DNA from: Octopus vulgaris
Taxonomy: Eukaryota
DNA: 64,000 nt
Assembly (NCBI GenBank): GCA_951406725.2
Contig: OX597831.1
Coordinates: 2,914,001-2,978,000, forward strand
Direction: 5' to 3'
The position numbers were made by a program, and so were the translations under genes. Below, in pieces: positions 38,193 through 52,768 of this stretch. The notes below the pieces were generated by a model that worked only from the letters and a program-made list of their open reading frames with translations, did no database searches and had not been told where the DNA came from. Numbering within the stretch: position 1 is the first letter of the stretch; each line of letters begins with the position of its first letter.

Positions 38193-39359
38193 GCGAACGA
38201 AAGAAGCTTTTTCGTTTGTCTTTCGCTGCTTTCTCTAATGCTGATCGCACACGAAATGTTATTTCTATCTTTAAACACTATACTTGACTCTGGATGTGCT
38301 GTAACATCGTGAATATTTCAGCTCCCTTTCAAAAGAAAAATATTCACGGAAAAATATCTGGCACATCAACGAACGTACACACACCAACACACACACACAC
38401 ACACACAATTACATACATACATATTTATGTGTGTGTGTGTGTGTGTGTGTGTCTGTATTACATACATCATTATTTATTAGAAGGCAATCTAATCTATTTC
38501 TAGTTTGTTTTGTTTTTAACTTTAAACTATTGATTTCATGTTTCGTTGCTATTGCTGAAACTAAAAAATATATTGGTTACGCGCAACAGAGGCGTGGAGG
38601 CTATAGCGAAATAGTGCGCGTGTGTGTGTGTGTGTGTGTGTGTGCGTTTATAAGCAAGTGCTTGATTGTGTGTGATAGATAGGGTGAAAAGAGTTTTGAG
38701 TGCGATGCATATACATACACAAATATATATATATATATACACACACACATATATATATATATATATAATGTATATGCTTCAGTGTTCGTGTGAAAGAGTT
38801 AGAGCTTGCTTGAGAGAAATAGATAAGGGATGTGTGTGTATGTGTATACATATGTGTGTGTGTGTATGTGTATATATATGTGTGTGTGTGTTGGAATTAG
38901 TGCTTGTTTGAGCGAGATAGGGACAGTATGTTCATGTAAAAGATTCATTATTTGTTTAAGATACTTTGAATGGGTTATGTATATATATGTTAGAGATAGA
39001 GCTTGTTTCTATGCTATAGACAAGGATTGAAAGTGAGTGTATATATACATATATATATATATATTTGGGTGTGTATATGATTAAGTGTGTGCGCGCGTGT
39101 ATATATGTTATGTTTCACAATTAGTGCTTGGCTGAGTAATAAATATAGATTGGGTGAGAGAGAACGAAAGAGTATGGAGCGGCATATGTTAAGGGTGTGA
39201 GTCTATCTCTGTCTCTTTCTTTGATAGATAGAAAGAAAGAAAGAAAGAAAGAGAGTGGCCTGTGATGAGTATGTTTCTAGGAACAGAAAGTGCCTAAAAG
39301 GATTGCGTGTTTCTCTCTATGTGTGAGTACGGAAGAGAAAGGCAAGAGATAGTGAATAA

Positions 39360-39582
39360 GAGAGCGATAAAATGCGTGTGTGCTCACGACGGCGCTGATT
39401 TGAGCCGAGCGCCACGTACCTAGGTCAGTTAAATCAGACAATAACACACACATACACACTCACACTGACACACACACACACACACACACGTACACACAGA
39501 TAGACAGACACACACCGAGTTCAGTGTTTTCTAAGCAACTGACGAGTTGCGTATCAAAACTGTTCAACTATGTAAGGTAGTC
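39360..39582 (+). promoter_or_regulatory. Candidate promoter and first (UTR) exon of an unidentified gene
   Basis: CpG-rich patch at 39360-39420, Inr TCAGTT (A at 39427), and splice-donor candidates T|GTAAGG (39572) or AAG|GTAGTC (39577). CpG depletion begins shortly downstream. Confidence 0.4.
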
Positions 39583-40299
39583 AGTCTTCTCTCTCTACTA
39601 CCACGACTGCTATCTCCCAATTAGATCTGCTATCTTTAACATCCAAAAACTGTACAGAAACGAGTGCCAACCTCTATTCACTCGTTCCTAGACTTTTTTT
39701 TTCCTTCCCCCCACCCCACTGTCTTATTAATATTTATTTAATCATTCATTTATTTCATATTCACTATTAACCCCCACACAAACACACACACCTACACCTC
39801 TTACTACCATCACTACTACGACCATAATAAATAAATATATATATATATATAAATAATCAAAAGCAGAAGTAACTAAACCAGCCCTTCACAATCTTTCTTC
39901 GTTTCCGTTGCTCTGTTGTGTTTTAAAAGAAAGGTGACTCTCTGCCTCTCTGAACAAACTAGTAGTATTTCAATGAATATCCATCCTAGTTTTTATTTCG
40001 CAGGCACACGGCTACCATTACTCAGTCTAGTACTGTTGTTCCATATAATCTCTAACGCACAACAGCTCTTAACACACACACACATACTGCAGACACAGAG
40101 AGCTCAGCCCGTCCTGTGCTCCTGTTGTTCCAACTTTCAAATAGATATTAATATAGCTTTTTCTCTGTTTCAATCTCAAACCAAGACTTGCTTTATCTAA
40201 TCTAAACACTCCGCTGCTGCTGCTGCTGTTGCTGCCGCTGTTCAATGAAAACATTTCATAGAAATAACACGCATACACACGTGTGTATGCATGCGAACG

Positions 40300-40336
<37 letters not shown>

Positions 40337-40399
40337 GTATGTATCGTATGTGTGTGTGTGTGTGTACACCCACACATTGACAGACAGATAGATAGAGGG

Positions 40400-40445
<46 letters not shown>

Positions 40446-40462
40446 GTAGGTAGGTAGGTAGG

Positions 40463-40534
<72 letters not shown>

Positions 40535-41871
40535 AAGATAGATAGATAGATAAATAGATAGATAGACAGACAGATGTGTACTCACACGTATATATGTAAA
40601 GTGATGTAATGTGTGTGTTTGAGTGGAACAACAAACCACAGTATGTATGTATGTATATGTATGTATGTCATTATTCAGTTTTATTTCAAGATTTCTTGCC
40701 AATAGCGAAAGAGCCGGTTTCTAATCTAGATCCAAGGCTCCTTCATTGGAATTTTACTATCAGCAGGGTATGTATGTATATGCAGATTTGTATGTCTTGT
40801 TTTATGTATGTATGTATGTATGTATGCATGCATGTATGTATGTTATTATGTATGTATGTATGTATGTATGTATGTATGTATCTAGTGCTAGACTTTACAT
40901 AATAATTATCAATATACATTAAATATACAAACTACTAACTTGAATTATTCACAAGATACCTTTGGCTTTCAGCCCAGCCCATTGGGTTCAATGTTATAAG
41001 TATCAGTCATGTCTGAAATCAACATGATCCTCTGTTTGTCATTGGGGAAGGAGAGCCTAGAGAATTGAACAAGGCATGGCTGAATCACTATGTTTAATGA
41101 TAGCTTTGAACTTGTTAAGCTTGCCCTACACCAAGGTGAAGAAAGAATATGGAAGGCAATTCTGTTTTGCTTTCTCATTGATAAAATGGAAGGGGGCAAA
41201 AAATTTATTAGTATTTAGTGTGAGTCAGGGCTTGGTATATGTCAGTCTGAGAACCTACTAGCACTCTCTCGGTTACTACAACGAGGGCTCCAATTGATCC
41301 AGTCGACAGAACAACCAGTTCATGAAATTAATGTGCAACTGGCTGAGCACTCCCACAGAGTGTGACAAAGCTGTCCCTTTGAAATACATGTGTTACTCAT
41401 TTTTGCCAGCTGAGTTGACTGGAGTAATAAGAAATAAAATGTCTTTCACTTTAAGGCAGCGAGCTGGCAGAAACGTTAGCACGCCGGGTGAAATGCTTAG
41501 CAGTATTTCATCTGCCGCTACGTTCTGAGTTCAAATTCCGCCGAGGTTGACTGCCTTTCATCCTTTTAGGGTCGATTAAATAAGAACCAGTTATGCACTG
41601 GGGTCGAGATACTCGACTTAATCTGTTTGTCCCCTCTGCGTGTAGCTCCTTGTGGCAGTAAAGAAATAAGAAATAAAATGTCTCACTTGAAGATACAATG
41701 CATCACCAGGAATCGAACCACAACCTAACAATTGTGAACCAAATACCCGAACTACTAAGCAATTAGTGACATAATTGACTGTACCCTCTCCCCAACAAAA
41801 ACTATATGGGCTCTTGAGCTTACACTGGAATTTTTTTTTATTATCAGCCCATTTATGAATACCCCTCAATT

Positions 41872-42348
41872 CATTGGACAATAAACCTTGCTTGTGAAGA
41901 CCTATTGAGGCAAGTGAAATCAAAATCAAAATTGCTGACGTGGCCGATGACAGTACCGCCTGATTGGCACTCGTGCCAGTGGAACGTTAAAAGCACATCC
42001 AAGCATGATTGTTGCCAGTGTCGCCTTACCAGCACATGTGCTGGTGGCACGTGAAAAACAACATTTGAGCGTGGTCGTTGCCAGTGCCACCGGATTGGCT
42101 CCCGTGCACATAAAAACACCTTTTGAGTGTGGTCATTGCCAGAACCGTCTAACTTGCCTTCATGCCAGTGGCATGTAAAAGCACGCAATACACTCTCGGA
42201 GTGGTTGGCATTAGGAAGGGCATCCAGCTGTAGAAACTTTGCCAGGTCAGACTGAGCCTGATGCAGCCTCTGGCTCACCAGTCCTCAGTCAAACCGTCCA
42301 ACCCGTGCCAGCATGGAAAGCGGACATTAAACGATAATGATGATGATT
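41872..42348 (+). mobile_element. Non-autonomous retroelement with internal ~60-bp subrepeats and (GAT)n tail
   Basis: Repeated CGTGCCAGTGGCACGTAAAAGCAC-like units, then GTGGTTGGCATTAGGAAGGGCATCCAGCTGTAGAAAC...GGACATTAAACGATAATGATGAT. Other copies at 47268-47530, 52533-52768, 57385-57770, 62900-63135 and 63603-63867. Confidence 0.75.
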
Positions 42349-42667
42349 ATCTATATTATTCCTGATTTTAGAAATATATCAGGAGAATGTCCTTTCTTAA
42401 AGTAACAACCAGGTACATGTTAGTAACCATGCATAGAATTGTTTAAGGCAGCAAGCTGACAGAATCATTAGTGTGCAAGACAAAATGCTTTTAGTGGCGT
42501 TTCTTCTTATTCTTTCATTCCAAGTTCAAATTCTGCTGAGGTTGACTTTGTCTTTCATCCTTTCAGTATCAATAAAAGCACTGGGGTTGATGGAATCAAC
42601 TGGAACTTTCCCATTAAGACTGCCAGCTTTGTGCCAAAATTTGAAACCATTATTATTGTTGTTGTTG

Positions 42668-42736
<69 letters not shown>

Positions 42737-42738
<2 letters not shown>

Positions 42739-43272
42739 GAGTGAGCGAGCAGAGCATGCCATCAAAGTGACACTGGGGTAAAATATACGAAGCCCAATAT
42801 ACCCATCATGACTACCCGTCTGATAAAGGTACACACTGGACACATGCATCACAACCATACGTGCGCGACATGGTGATCTTCATATCAAGATAAACAGCAC
42901 ATGACCTTGCAGGTGGGGCCCAGTTAGAATTTTCTTCAGGTTGAGTAGCCCATCCCGCTCAAACGGTCCCTGAATAAGCGTTGTTTAAGGATGTTGAAAG
43001 AACCACCCATGTTTCCAGAGGTGAACTATTCAAACTCCAAAGAATCCCTCTCAACACATGGCTATGATGCTCCCCCACTACTTCTGCTCGTGATCAGAGA
43101 TGCACAGGGACATGCTCAACTGGTTAAGGTCAATCAACTGACAAGCAAATCTGTGGTATTGAGCAGAATATTTGCTGTAGCCCATCTTTTATACCAAGAC
43201 AAAACAATGTACATGATAATACTTCCAATCAGTTAAGATCAGAAGCCATGAGAGCCACTGCCTGGTACTGCA
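42737..43272 (-). mobile_element. ~530-bp non-coding interspersed element flanked by (AAT)n on both sides
   Basis: Homologous copies at 51958-52460 (-), 59468-59912 (+) and 61528-61697 (+). Confidence 0.8.
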
Positions 43273-43327
43273 AGAGCCACTGCCTATTATTATTATTATT
43301 ATTATCATTATTATTATTATTATTATT

Positions 43328-46032
43328 TAAGGCACTGAGCTGACAGATTTGTTAACACACCAGATAAAATGCTTGGCAGCATTTCATCCATCTTTAAGTT
43401 CTGAGTTCAAATTCTGCCAAAGTTGACTTTGCCTTTCATCCTTTTGAAGTCAATTAGATAAGTTCCAGTTGATCACTGGGGTTGATTACATTGACTTATC
43501 CCCTCCTCCAAAATTGCTGCCCTTGTGGCAAAATTTGAAACCATTATTATTATAATTAAGTAAGGTGTCAAGCTGGCAGAATCATTACCATGCCAGGAGA
43601 AATGCTTAGCAGTATTTGGTGTCTTTACGTTGAGTTCAAAATTCCACTGAGATTGACTTTGCCTATCATCCTTTCGGGGTCGATAAAGAAAATACTGGAG
43701 TTGATATAATCAAGAAGCCTCCTCCCCTCAAAATATCAGGCCTTGTACCTAGAGTACAAAGAATTATTATTTCTATTAAAGCAGTTGACAGGATGGCAAG
43801 GTGGCAAAATCATTAGCATGCCAGGCAATATACTTATTGGCATTTTGTCCATCTTAACATTCTGAGTTCAAATTCCTCTGAGGTCAACTTTGCCGTTCAT
43901 CCTTTCAGGATTGATAAAATACATACCAGTTGAACAGTGGGGTTGATTACATCAACTTATCCCCTCCCCCAAACTTGCAAGCCTTGTACCAAAATTTGAA
44001 ATCATTATTAAAGCAGTTGATAAGTTCAGTCATTAAAATGTGGCATTTATTCCAGTTTTCTGTGCTTTGAGTTCAAACCCTGCCAAGGTCAACTTGAGGT
44101 GGCCAGATGGTAGAATTGTTAGAGCAGCGTTTTTCAACCGGGGTTCCCCGGAACCCTAGGGTTCCACAAAAGGTTCCTAGGGGTTTCGCAAGAAAAAGTG
44201 AGATAAGCTAATGTTAATTTCATGTCTGTAATATTACTACTTGCATAACATATTTTGGTTATTGTAATACTGTAATATAAACACTATCCTATCTAACCTA
44301 TTATGTTATCAAAACAATATAACAACCATTGGGGATATATTTAGTGATGTCTGTAATTAATGGACACCCTATTTATATATATATATGATATTTACCACGT
44401 GAACTGTGATAAAAAATATGAGAAATATATGGTGTATCATTTTTATGTGCAGGGGTTCCTTGAGACCTGTAATTTATTTTAAGGGTTATGCAAAGGTAAA
44501 TAGGTTGAGAAACACTGTGTTAGAACATCAGAAAAAAATGTTTCCTAATATTAGTTCTAGCTCTCTAACTTCTGGGCTCAAATCCTAATGAAGTCAACTT
44601 TCTCCTTCATTCTTTTAGAGTTGATAAAATAAATCACCAATCAAGTGCTGGCTTGATGGCATCAACTAAACTCCTTCTAGAAAACAAAATTGTTAGCCTT
44701 GTGCCAAAATTTGAAGCCATTTTTATTGTCTTATGGTATATATTTTGGTTCTTCTCTTTCTGAGTTCAAATCTGTTATGGTCCACTTTACTTTTCATTTT
44801 TTGAAGTTAATTGAGAAAATAAAGTACCACTCAAATACTGGAGTTGATTTAATCCTTTAGCATTTAAGCAGCCCATATCTGTCTTCAAGTTTGGGGTTCA
44901 AATTCCAAAAGGTCGATTTTGCCTTTCATCCTTTTCGGGGTCAATAAAATAAAACCAGTTGAGTACTTGGGTCAGTCTAATTGATTTACCAATTTTCCCA
45001 AAATTGCTGGCCTTGTGCCAAAATTTGAAACCAATATACAGGAAAAGACAGCAAGCTGGCAGAACCATTAGTACACCAGGTAAACTGCTTAGAGGCATTT
45101 CATTTGTCTTTACATTCTGGGTTCAAATACCACCGAGGTCGACTTTGCCTTTCATCATTTCAGGGTAGAAAAAATAAGTACCATTTGAGCTCCGAGGTTG
45201 AATTAAAATCTTCCACCAAATCTTAGTCACAATTTATGTTCCTATCACTAGCAGAATGAGAGATAAATTTAATTTACTAAATTCTTTGTTATATCTAAAG
45301 TAATTGAAAGAAACACAGAGCATCTCTAAATAAATACAGTAACGAAAGAGTTAATATATAAGAAACTATTATTATTGTTGTTAAAGCAGTGAGCTGGCTG
45401 ATTTGTTAGCATACCACGCAAAATACTCAGCAGTATTTCATCCCATCTTAACATTCAGAGTTCAAATACTGCCGAGGTCGACTTTGCCTTTCATCCTTTC
45501 AGGGTCGATTAAATAGGTACCAGTTACGCACTGGGGTCGATATAATCGACTTAATTAATTTGTCTGTCCTTGTTTGTCCTCTCTGTGTTTAGCCCCTTGT
45601 GGGTAGTAAAGAAATAGGTATGCTGCTAGAAGGCGGTGAGCTGGCAGAAATGTTTGCATGCTGGGCGAAATACTTAGCGGTATTTCATTTGCCGCTACGT
45701 TCTGAGTTTAAATTCCGCCAAGGTCGACTTTGCCTTTCATCCTTTCAGGGTCGATTAGATAAATACCAGTTACACACTGGGATTCGATGTAATCGACTTA
45801 ATCCGTTTGTCTGTCCTTGTTTGTCCCCTCTGTGTTTAGCCCCTTGTGGGTAGTAAAGAAATAGCTATTTCATCCCATCTTAACATTCAGAGTTCAAATA
45901 CCGCCGAGGTCAACTTCGCCTTTCATTCTTTCTGGATTAATGAAATAAGTACCAGTAAGACACTGGAGTTGATGTAATCGATTAGTCCCTTCCCAGGAAA
46001 TATCAAGCCTTGTGCCCTTAATAGAAAGGATT
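43328..46032 (+). mobile_element. Dense run of more than 10 mostly same-orientation Meta-domain SINEs
   Basis: Repeated CTGAGTTCAAATTC.GCC.AGGT..ACTTTGCCTTTCATCCTTT cores separated by short (ATT)n. Confidence 0.8.
44125..44517. mobile_element. hAT (Charlie-like) MITE inserted in a SINE head
   Basis: TIRs CAGCGTTTTTCAACC / GGTTGAGAAACACTG. 8-bp TSD TGTTAGAG / TGTTAGAA. Confidence 0.85.
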
Positions 46033-46402
46033 ATTGTTGCTGTTGTTGTCATTGTTATTGTTGTTTTACGCACCTAATCCAATCCCCAGAGCAACTCTTT
46101 TTCCGATTCTTTCTCCAATATTTACCAACATTCTAATATGTCTTCTCCTTCTCCAAACATTTTTTCCCAACAACAAGGTATTGATTCCATTATTTCCTCC
46201 CCCCCCTCCACCTCCACCTCCACCTCCATTCCTTAACACATTCTGTGGTTTAAGATTTTGATATGTGCAACCCTTGAATTTTCAGATTATCTTAACTCAT
46301 TCATTGATATTATATTATTGGAGATAATTAATGCAAAGTGCTCCCTCAATAATTTAATAAATTCAATCTTATTGACTTATTACTATTGCCATTGTTATTG
46401 TT

Positions 46403-46435
<33 letters not shown>

Positions 46436-46998
46436 GCTGATGTTATTGTTTCAATTTGCAGCCATTTAAAGAAAGAAAGAGAAAAATTTTCTCATTCTCA
46501 TTTTGCAAACACACACATACACGTACACACACACACACACATACACGTACACACACACACACGCACACACACACACACGCACACACACACAAACACACAC
46601 ACACACACAAACACGCATACATACAAACACAAACACGCATACACACACACACACACAAACACGCATACACACACACACACTCATACACACACATACACAC
46701 AAACACACACACACACACACACAAACACACATTTTTCTTAATTTACTCATTTTGCCTCTGTCTCTCATATATTTCCCTCTCTCTTTCCTTCCCTCTCTCT
46801 CTCTCTTTCCTGTTTTCCATGTCTTTATACCTGTCTCCCTACCTCCCAATCTATGGTATTACATTCAGTATTTCTTTAGCTTCATTTACTCTCTTTTCTG
46901 TCTGTCTTCTTTACTCCCTCTCATCACCACACTTCTCTGCCCCACTCTTGATATATATATATATGTGATTAGATGTATTTCTCCATTTTCTGATTTTG

Positions 46999-47056
<58 letters not shown>

Positions 47057-47170
47057 GGCATGTGTGTGAGTGCTTTATTGAAACCCCAAAACTTCATAAA
47101 TTGTTACTGTTACTCTGAGTTTCATGTACCTACTCATCAAAGAGAAGTCTGCACCAATATGTTCAGACTA

Positions 47171-47212
<42 letters not shown>

Positions 47213-48276
47213 ATGTATATGTGTGTGTATGCATATATATATATATGTTTATATATACATGTATATACATCATCATCGACATCATTTAACATTCGCTTTC
47301 CATGCTGGCGTAGGTTGTATGGTTTACCTGAAGACTGGCAAGCCAGTAGGCTCCAATCTGATCTGGCAAGGTTTCTACAGCTGGGTGCCCTTCCTAACGC
47401 CAACCACTCTGAAAGTAGTGCGAGCTTTTTATGTGCCAGTGGCACAGAAACCAGTCAGGGGACACTGGCATCAACCATGTTCGGATGGTGCTTTTTTACA
47501 GGCCACCGGCATGGGAGCCAGTCAGGGGACGCTGATATATATGTATATATATATAAATGAAAAATGTATGATAGATAAACAAACAACATAACATATGTGT
47601 TTCTTTATTACCCACAAGGGGCTAAACACAAAGGGGACAAACAAGGATAGACAAACAGATTAAGCCAATTAAATCAACCCCAGTGCGTAACTGGTACTTA
47701 ATTTATCGACCCCGAAAGGATAAAAGGCAAAGTTGACCATACATATATATATACTCATACTCATATATATACATATATATACATATACATATATATATAT
47801 ATCTACATATATATATGTATATATATATACACACACACACATATATATATGCATATATGTATGTATGCATGTATAGATAGATAGATATAAATACTGACAT
47901 GGTTTGGTGGTTAAGAAATTCTCTTTGCAGCCATGGAGGGTTGGGTTCAAGCCTGTCATGTGGCATCTTAAGCAATTCCTTTTACCTTTGCCTGCGATCA
48001 GCTCAAGCCTTGTCAGTAAAAGTGGATTGATTGAAACTGTATGGAAGCATTTCAGATGGACTCTACCCTTTACTCAAGGACCCTGACCCCTGCATTAAAC
48101 TGCCCCTGTCAAACATTGTGTCATGCTGGTTGTACTTTAGGACCATGTTAAAAGTACATGTGACTGGGAAATATTCTGTCATATATTTTTTGAATTCAAG
48201 GAGTAAGTCATTTTGTTGATTGGGCAACAGACTGTCTTCGGAACTGACAGAGACCCATTTGCATCCATTTACTCCA

Positions 48277-48326
<50 letters not shown>

Positions 48327-48335
48327 CATGTGTGG

Positions 48336-48394
<59 letters not shown>

Positions 48395-48648
48395 TTTATA
48401 TATGTGCACATGTATACACAAACATATATGCATATATATATATGTACATATACACATACACAAATATTTATATACAGACAATTATGTTTGTTATTATATA
48501 CACACACATGTATAAAAATATGTGTGTGTGTGTATATACATATATATATACATATATATACACACACACACACACACACATATATATAAATATGCATTTA
48601 TATGTATGTGTGTATATGTGTATATACATATATATATGTGTATATGTG

Positions 48649-48689
<41 letters not shown>

Positions 48690-49034
48690 ATACACACACA
48701 TATATATATGTATATATACATACATATGTATACAGACATACATATATGTTTATGTGTATGTATATATAGATATATAAATATACATTTAAGTATATACAGA
48801 CATATATACATATATGTGTGTGTGCATGTATATATATGTGGATTTGTGTACATGTAGCATGTGCGCTTCAACACCAACCCAAACACACCCATACACACAC
48901 ACAAGCACACAAATTATCAGATTTTGCATAAAAATAGTTTTCTTCTTTGTTTAATCTAAAGTACTTTTTTTTTTAATATTATTTATTTGCATTTTACACT
49001 TGAAAATATTCTCAGGAAATCTTTTTATAGATTC

Positions 49035-49100
49035 CTTGTTGTTGTTGCTGTAGTAGTTGTTATTGTTGTTGTTGCAGTAGTAGTAGTAGTAGTAGTAGTT

Positions 49101-49138
<38 letters not shown>

Positions 49139-49199
49139 TGTTGTTGTTGCTGTTGTCAATTTTGCTTCTGTTGTTGTTGTTGCTGTAATTATTATCATT

Positions 49200-49246
<47 letters not shown>

Positions 49247-49320
49247 TGTTGTTGTTGTTGTTGTTGTTGTTGTAGTTGTTGTTGTTGTTGCCGTCATTGT
49301 TACTGCTATTGTTGCTGTTC
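49035..49320. repeat. (GTA)n/(GTT)n compound microsatellite
   Basis: Direct inspection. Confidence 0.95.
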
Positions 49321-49531
49321 TCTTTCATAGCCCATTGCCCTAAGAAATGCTTTTCTCCATTCATACATTTATAATCCCCACGCACACATATTTATACACA
49401 CTCATACATCATACATACATGTGTGTGTATGTATGTATACATACATACATGCATGCATATGCATATATATAAATACATATTATATATATATATAGAGAGA
49501 GAGAGACAGAGAGATAGATATAGATATAGTT

Positions 49532-49573
<42 letters not shown>

Positions 49574-49683
49574 GTGTGTGTGTGTATGTGTATATATATG
49601 TATGCATATATATATATATATCCACGTATATATACACATATATATACACATATACACATATACATATACACATATACACACAT

Positions 49684-49722
<39 letters not shown>

Positions 49723-49995
49723 TATATACACACACATACACACACACACATATATACATAAATTCACTCAGTTTTCTTCACCTTTTTTTTCCATTTATCT
49801 TTATTTTTGAGTTTTTTATGAGTAGAAAAAGAGGAATCTGGTAGGGGAGAGGAAATTTATGTGTATATGCATGTGTGTGTGTATTTGTGTATGTATGTGT
49901 GTATGTGCGTGTGTGTATGTGCGTGTACGTGCGTGTGTATGTGTGTGTGCATGTGTGTATGTATTTGTGTGTGTATGTGCGTGTGTGTATATGTA

Positions 49996-50045
<50 letters not shown>

Positions 50046-50639
50046 TTTAGATGAAGTATGGTCAAGTGGTTACAAAGTTTACTTTGCCAATGACGAAGTC
50101 TTGGGTTTGGCTCCATGGCATGGCACCACAAGGTCACTGCTCAAGTCAGCCCCATGTTGCTGTGGCTGAAATTGGGTTGACAGAAACTCACCATGTGATT
50201 TGCTTACAATGCATTGTGAAAGCCTGTCTGGGCTTCTTAGTCAACAAAAGGCATATTCATGCTGTCTCGTTTGTTTCCGGTTCACCATGTGGGCATACTC
50301 AAGCAGTTTGTTGCTTGATAGACTGGGAGGGAAGGGGTTACTTCACTTGAAAACAAGTGGGAGTGTTGGCAACAGGAAGAGCATCCAGCCATAGAAAGGT
50401 CTTACTCAACATGCACTTGTCCAGTAATTCCCAACATGGGGCATACACCCCACTGATAGGGATCTGGGTAAATTCTAGCGGGGTGCGGGATCCAAATTTG
50501 TTTTCTTTTTTTGTAGGACATGGAATTGTGAAAATATTTTTGTCAAAGCAAAACATACTATGCCTATGCTCAGCCTAGCCACGACAATCCCTCCAGTCAA
50601 GCGTACGGTTTGCTACATTTTAGCACTAGTCTTATGCCC

Positions 50640-51041
50640 AAGGAGTGGCTGTGTGGTAAGTAGCTTGCTTACCAACCACATGGTTCTGGGTTCAGTCCCA
50701 CTGTTTGGCACCTTGGGCAAGTGTCTTCTACTATAGCCTTGGCCCGACCAAAGCCTTGTGAGTGGATTTGGTAGATGGAAACTGAAAGAAGCCCGTCGTA
50801 TATACGTATATATATGTATGTGTGTGTATGAGTTTGTGTGTCTGTGTTTGTCTCCCCAACATCACTTGACAACTGATGCTGGTGTGTTTACGTCCCCGCA
50901 ACTTAGTGGTTTGGCAAAAGAGACTGATAGAATAAGTACAAGGCTTACAGAGAATAAGTCCTGGGGTCAATTTGCTCGACTAAAGGCAGTGCTCCAGCAT
51001 GGCCGCAGTCAAATGACTGAAACAAGTAAAAGAGTAAAAGA
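50640..51041 (+). mobile_element. OR2-like CORE-SINE
   Basis: Same family as 1861-2270, with several CpG to TpG/CpA changes. Confidence 0.85.
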
Positions 51042-51059
51042 ATATGTGTGGATATTTCT

Positions 51060-51941
51060 TTAACCCTTTTGAGACCTGCCTGCCTCAGACAGCCTCGGTC
51101 CTATCATAAATACTTCCTGTTTTAAAGTGATTTAACCCATTAGTGTTTAAACTGGCCATATCTGGCCAAAATATTCTACCTGTTTTATCTTAAAATGGTC
51201 AGATATTGTCATTCATTGCTACATTATAGAGTCATTTTAAAAATAAACAATCACATCATTGAAATCTCAAAGCCATGAAGCAATGCATGATTAATTTTAA
51301 AATGGTGTGAAGACATAAGCTTTACATTTGACAGAATAATATGAATGCTGAAGGGTTAAATTTAAAGACATTCTTCAAAATTTCATATTGATGTAAGTCC
51401 TAAAGACCAACTTAGTAAAAGGTAAAGGAAAAGATAGAGGCCCCCTTCAGTCATGAATGACCATGGGACTGCACCTAGAAACTTCCTCTCCAAAGGTCAA
51501 GTCCAGGCAAAAATTGTTTATGGAAGAACAGCAATCATTCATGCATACCAGCCTCTTCTCTCCACACCACTGATGATGTTATCCAAGGGAAAGACAAAGG
51601 CCGATATAGCTGGGCATCCCTCATTTCTAAAGCTGAGTGAACTGGAGCAACATGAATAAAGTGTCTTGCTGAAAAACACAACACAGCCTGGTCCAGGAAT
51701 TGAACTCACTACTTCATGATTGTGAGCCCGATGCTGTAATCATTGAGCCATGTGCCTTCATCAGCACAAACTATACTACAGGACTTGAATCTGCACCCCA
51801 TGGATGTTGGCCAAGTACTCTACCATTAAGCTAAACGGCCTGCTAATAATGACAAAATTATTTCACTAATTTCTTTATTTTTAAAATTAACTGAAACAAA
51901 GTCAGTGTATTTCAAAAGAAATATGGCAACTAAAGGGTTAA
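51060..51941. mobile_element. Nested piggyBac-like MITEs (outer 51060-51941, inner 51132-51359) also hosting a SINE
   Basis: TTAA|CCCTTT...AAAGGG|TTAA outer termini and TTAA|CCCATTAG...CTGAAGGG|TTAA inner termini. Confidence 0.65.
51771..51840 (-). pseudogene. tRNA-like fragment (pseudogene or SINE head)
   Basis: Minus strand GGCCGTTTAGCTTAATGGTAGAGTA...GCAGATTCAAGTCCTG has A- and B-box-like motifs, but the acceptor stem does not pair. Confidence 0.45.
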
Positions 51942-52476
51942 GGAAATCATATAATTAAACCCAGTATACCCATCATGACTACCCGTCTGATAGGGGTACA
52001 CTAGGCACATGCATCACAACCATATGTGCGTGACACGGTGATCTCATATCAAGATAAACAGCACATGACCTTGCTGATGGGGTCCAGTTATAATTTTCTT
52101 CTGGTTGAGTAGCCAATCCCACTCAAAAGGTCCCTGAATAAGGATTGTTTAAGGTTGTTGAACGAACCACCCATGTTTCCAAAGGTGAATTATACAAACC
52201 CCAAAGAATTCCTCTCAACACATGGCTATGATGCTCTCTCACTACTTCTGCTCGTGATCAGAGATGCACATATCGTCAGCCACCAAAGGACATGCTCAAC
52301 TGGTTATGGTTAAACAACTGACAAGCAAATCTGTGGTATTGAGCAGAATATTTGCTGTAGCCCATCTTTTATACCAAGACAAAACAATGTACATGATAAC
52401 ACTTCCAATGAGTTAAGATCAGAAGCCATGAGGGCTACTGTCTGGTACTGCATCAAGGCAATTATTATTATTATTA

Positions 52477-52534
<58 letters not shown>

Positions 52535-52768
52535 TCGTTTAACGTCCGCTTTCCATGCTAGCATGGGTTGGACGATTTGACTGAGGACTGGCGAACCAGA
52601 TGGCTGCACCAGGCTCCAATCTTGATCTGGCAGAGTTTCTACAGCTGGATGCCCTTCGTAACGCCAACCACTCCGTGAGTGTAGTGGGTGCTTTTTACGT
52701 GCCACCGGCACGGGGGCCAGTCAGGCGGTACTGGCAATGACCTCACTTGAATCTTTTTACACGTGCCA

